64,000 nucleotides of DNA from Acidobacteriota bacterium (lineage in GTDB: Bacteria; Acidobacteriota; UBA6911; RPQK01; JAJDTT01). The position numbers were made by a program, and so were the translations under genes. A model generated the notes under the pieces. That model had not been told where the DNA came from. It ran no database searches and saw nothing but the letters and a program-made list of their open reading frames with translations. Of this stretch, positions 62,389-64,000 are shown in pieces. The DNA is taken from contig CBDCJH010000002.1 of NCBI GenBank assembly GCA_965217775.1, forward strand, positions 832,001 to 896,000, written 5' to 3'. How positions within the stretch are numbered: position 1 is the first letter of the stretch; each line of letters starts with the position of its first letter.

Positions 62389-62489
62389 GCGTCGCTCGTT
62401 CGGCGTGGGATCTGCCGCATCGTGCTCCGGCCCAGTCTACTACGGCCCGGGGATTGAGAAGCGTGTGTTGAATAGGAAGGAGAAGGAAA

Positions 62490-63836
62490 ATGCACAGACG
62501 TGGACTTCTGGGCGGCTTGGCTGCCGGCGCTCTATCGGGTGTCATCTCCCCGAAAGAACTTGAAGCCCGGGCGCTGGTGGAGAAGAGGACCCGGGGAATG
62601 CCTCCTCCCCGGATCCGGGACATCCAGGTCATCGCCACCGCTCCGAGAGGCCTGCGCCTGGCGGTCGTGAAGGTACTCACCGACCAGGATGGCCTCTACG
62701 GCTACGGATGCGCCACCTTCACCCAGCGGGCCGACCTGGTGGTTCCGGCGGTGGAGAATTACCTGAAGCCGTTTCTGGTGGGCAAGCCGGCCGACCGGAT
62801 CGATGACACCTGGCAGGCCTGCTACAACAGCTCCTATTGGCGGAATGGTCCGGTCCTGAACAATGCCATCAGTGGGGTGGATATGGCCCTCTGGGACATC
62901 AAGGGGCGCCAAGCCGGGCTGCCGGTCTATCAGCTTCTGGGTGGAAAATGCCGGGAAGCGGCCGATTGTTACCGGCATGCCAGCGGAGCCGAGATCGGCC
63001 AAGTCATCGAAATGGCCCGGTCCTATATGGAGGATGGCGTCCGCCACGTCCGGGTACAGGTGGGTGTGCCGGGGATGTCAGGCTACGGAGGCGGCGGCGG
63101 AGGCCGCTCGGCGGAAAAGCTGCACCAGGATCCGGTCTTCGAACCGGCCCCGTATATACGCCGGGTCCTGGCCCTGTTCGAGGAGTGCCGGAAACAACTG
63201 GGGGACGAGGTGGAACTGCTCCACGACGTGCACGAGCGGATCACCCCCACCCAGGCGCTCCAACTCTGCAAGGACGTGGAGCCGTTTCGCCTTTTCTTTC
63301 TGGAGGACCCCCTCTCTCCCGAGGACATCGCCTACTTCCGGTTGATCCGGAACCACTCGACGACCCCCATTGCCATGGGAGAGCTCTTCAACAGCCCCCA
63401 CGAGTGGATCCCCCTCATTTCGGAAAGGCTCTTCGACTACATCCGCATCCACATCTCCCAAGCGGGCGGGCTGACCCCCTGCCGTAAGATCGCGGCCCTG
63501 GGGGAACTCTTCGGCGTGCGCACCGCCTGGCACGGGCCCGGCGACGTCTCACCCGTCGGACATGCCGCCAACGTCGCCCTGGATCTGGCCTGCCACAACT
63601 TTGGGATCCAGGAGTTCTCCGGGTTCTCGGAGCGGGAGCTGGAAGTGTTCCACGGTTGTCCCGAATACCGCAACGGATACCTGTTCGCCAGCGAGAAACC
63701 CGGCTGGGGTATCGAGGTGGACGAAGCGGCGGCGCGCAAGTACCCCTTCGGAAGCTTCGAGTCGGGAGAGAGAAAGGAGTACAACGGCGGCTGGGGCGTG
63801 ATCCGGCGGCGGGACGGAACCGTGATCAAGCAGTAA
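62490..63836 (+). CDS. Enolase-superfamily sugar-acid dehydratase (RspA/ManD-like)
   Basis: YWRNGPV, ALWDIKG, LLHDVHER, FLEDP, MGE, HGPGD, NFGIQE; twin-Arg-like N-terminus. Confidence 0.9.
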   Translation: MHRRGLLGGLAAGALSGVISPKELEARALVEKRTRGMPPPRIRDIQVIATAPRGLRLAVVKVLTDQDGLYGYGCATFTQRADLVVPAVENYLKPFLVGKPADRIDDTWQACYNSSYWRNGPVLNNAISGVDMALWDIKGRQAGLPVYQLLGGKCREAADCYRHASGAEIGQVIEMARSYMEDGVRHVRVQVGVPGMSGYGGGGGGRSAEKLHQDPVFEPAPYIRRVLALFEECRKQLGDEVELLHDVHERITPTQALQLCKDVEPFRLFFLEDPLSPEDIAYFRLIRNHSTTPIAMGELFNSPHEWIPLISERLFDYIRIHISQAGGLTPCRKIAALGELFGVRTAWHGPGDVSPVGHAANVALDLACHNFGIQEFSGFSERELEVFHGCPEYRNGYLFASEKPGWGIEVDEAAARKYPFGSFESGERKEYNGGWGVIRRRDGTVIKQ

Positions 63837-64000
63837 GGTCCGTCCCCGGTGACGCTCCGCCAGATGGGATACCGTGGTCTACCAGACACGGCTTCGAGAA
63901 TGAGCCGGTCTCGGCACACACCGAAAACGGGGTCTCCAGATACAAATCGACCGACCAACTACGGCCGGCTTCAGGTACGCGGACACCGGTGGCGACGGAC

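Overview
GC-rich bacterial chromosomal window. The gene content (Oar-like TonB-dependent receptor, PhyH dioxygenase, LLM oxidoreductase, Tat-type hydrolases, IS1595 with cargo) suggests an Acidobacteriota-like, possibly host-associated organism; this is inference only. Housekeeping and catabolic genes (tsaD, mtnA, wzm/wzt plus glycosyltransferases, aconitase X, MacB-type ABC exporter, sialidase, feoAB) are interleaved with several defence and mobile patches. (i) A complete IS1595 (4929-6690, 26-bp TIRs, 8-bp TSD) carries a decayed methylase/Mrr-like cargo and sits exactly at the start codon of a Phd-VapC toxin-antitoxin operon. (ii) A MITE plus a type II R-M pair lies inside a glycan-export cluster. 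(iii) A solo DUF3800 gene. (iv) A ~13.6-kb minus-strand island holds a complete type I-E CRISPR-Cas system (20 full repeats plus 1 truncated repeat), bracketed upstream by a CBS-pair + HEPN (RNEVMH) fusion gene and downstream by a low-GC DUF1998-type SF2 helicase. Repeat-like units lie in the cas3-cas8e gap. The CBS-HEPN/Cas3/helicase arrangement is the best candidate for an undescribed system. All family calls come from motif recognition by eye, not from database searches.
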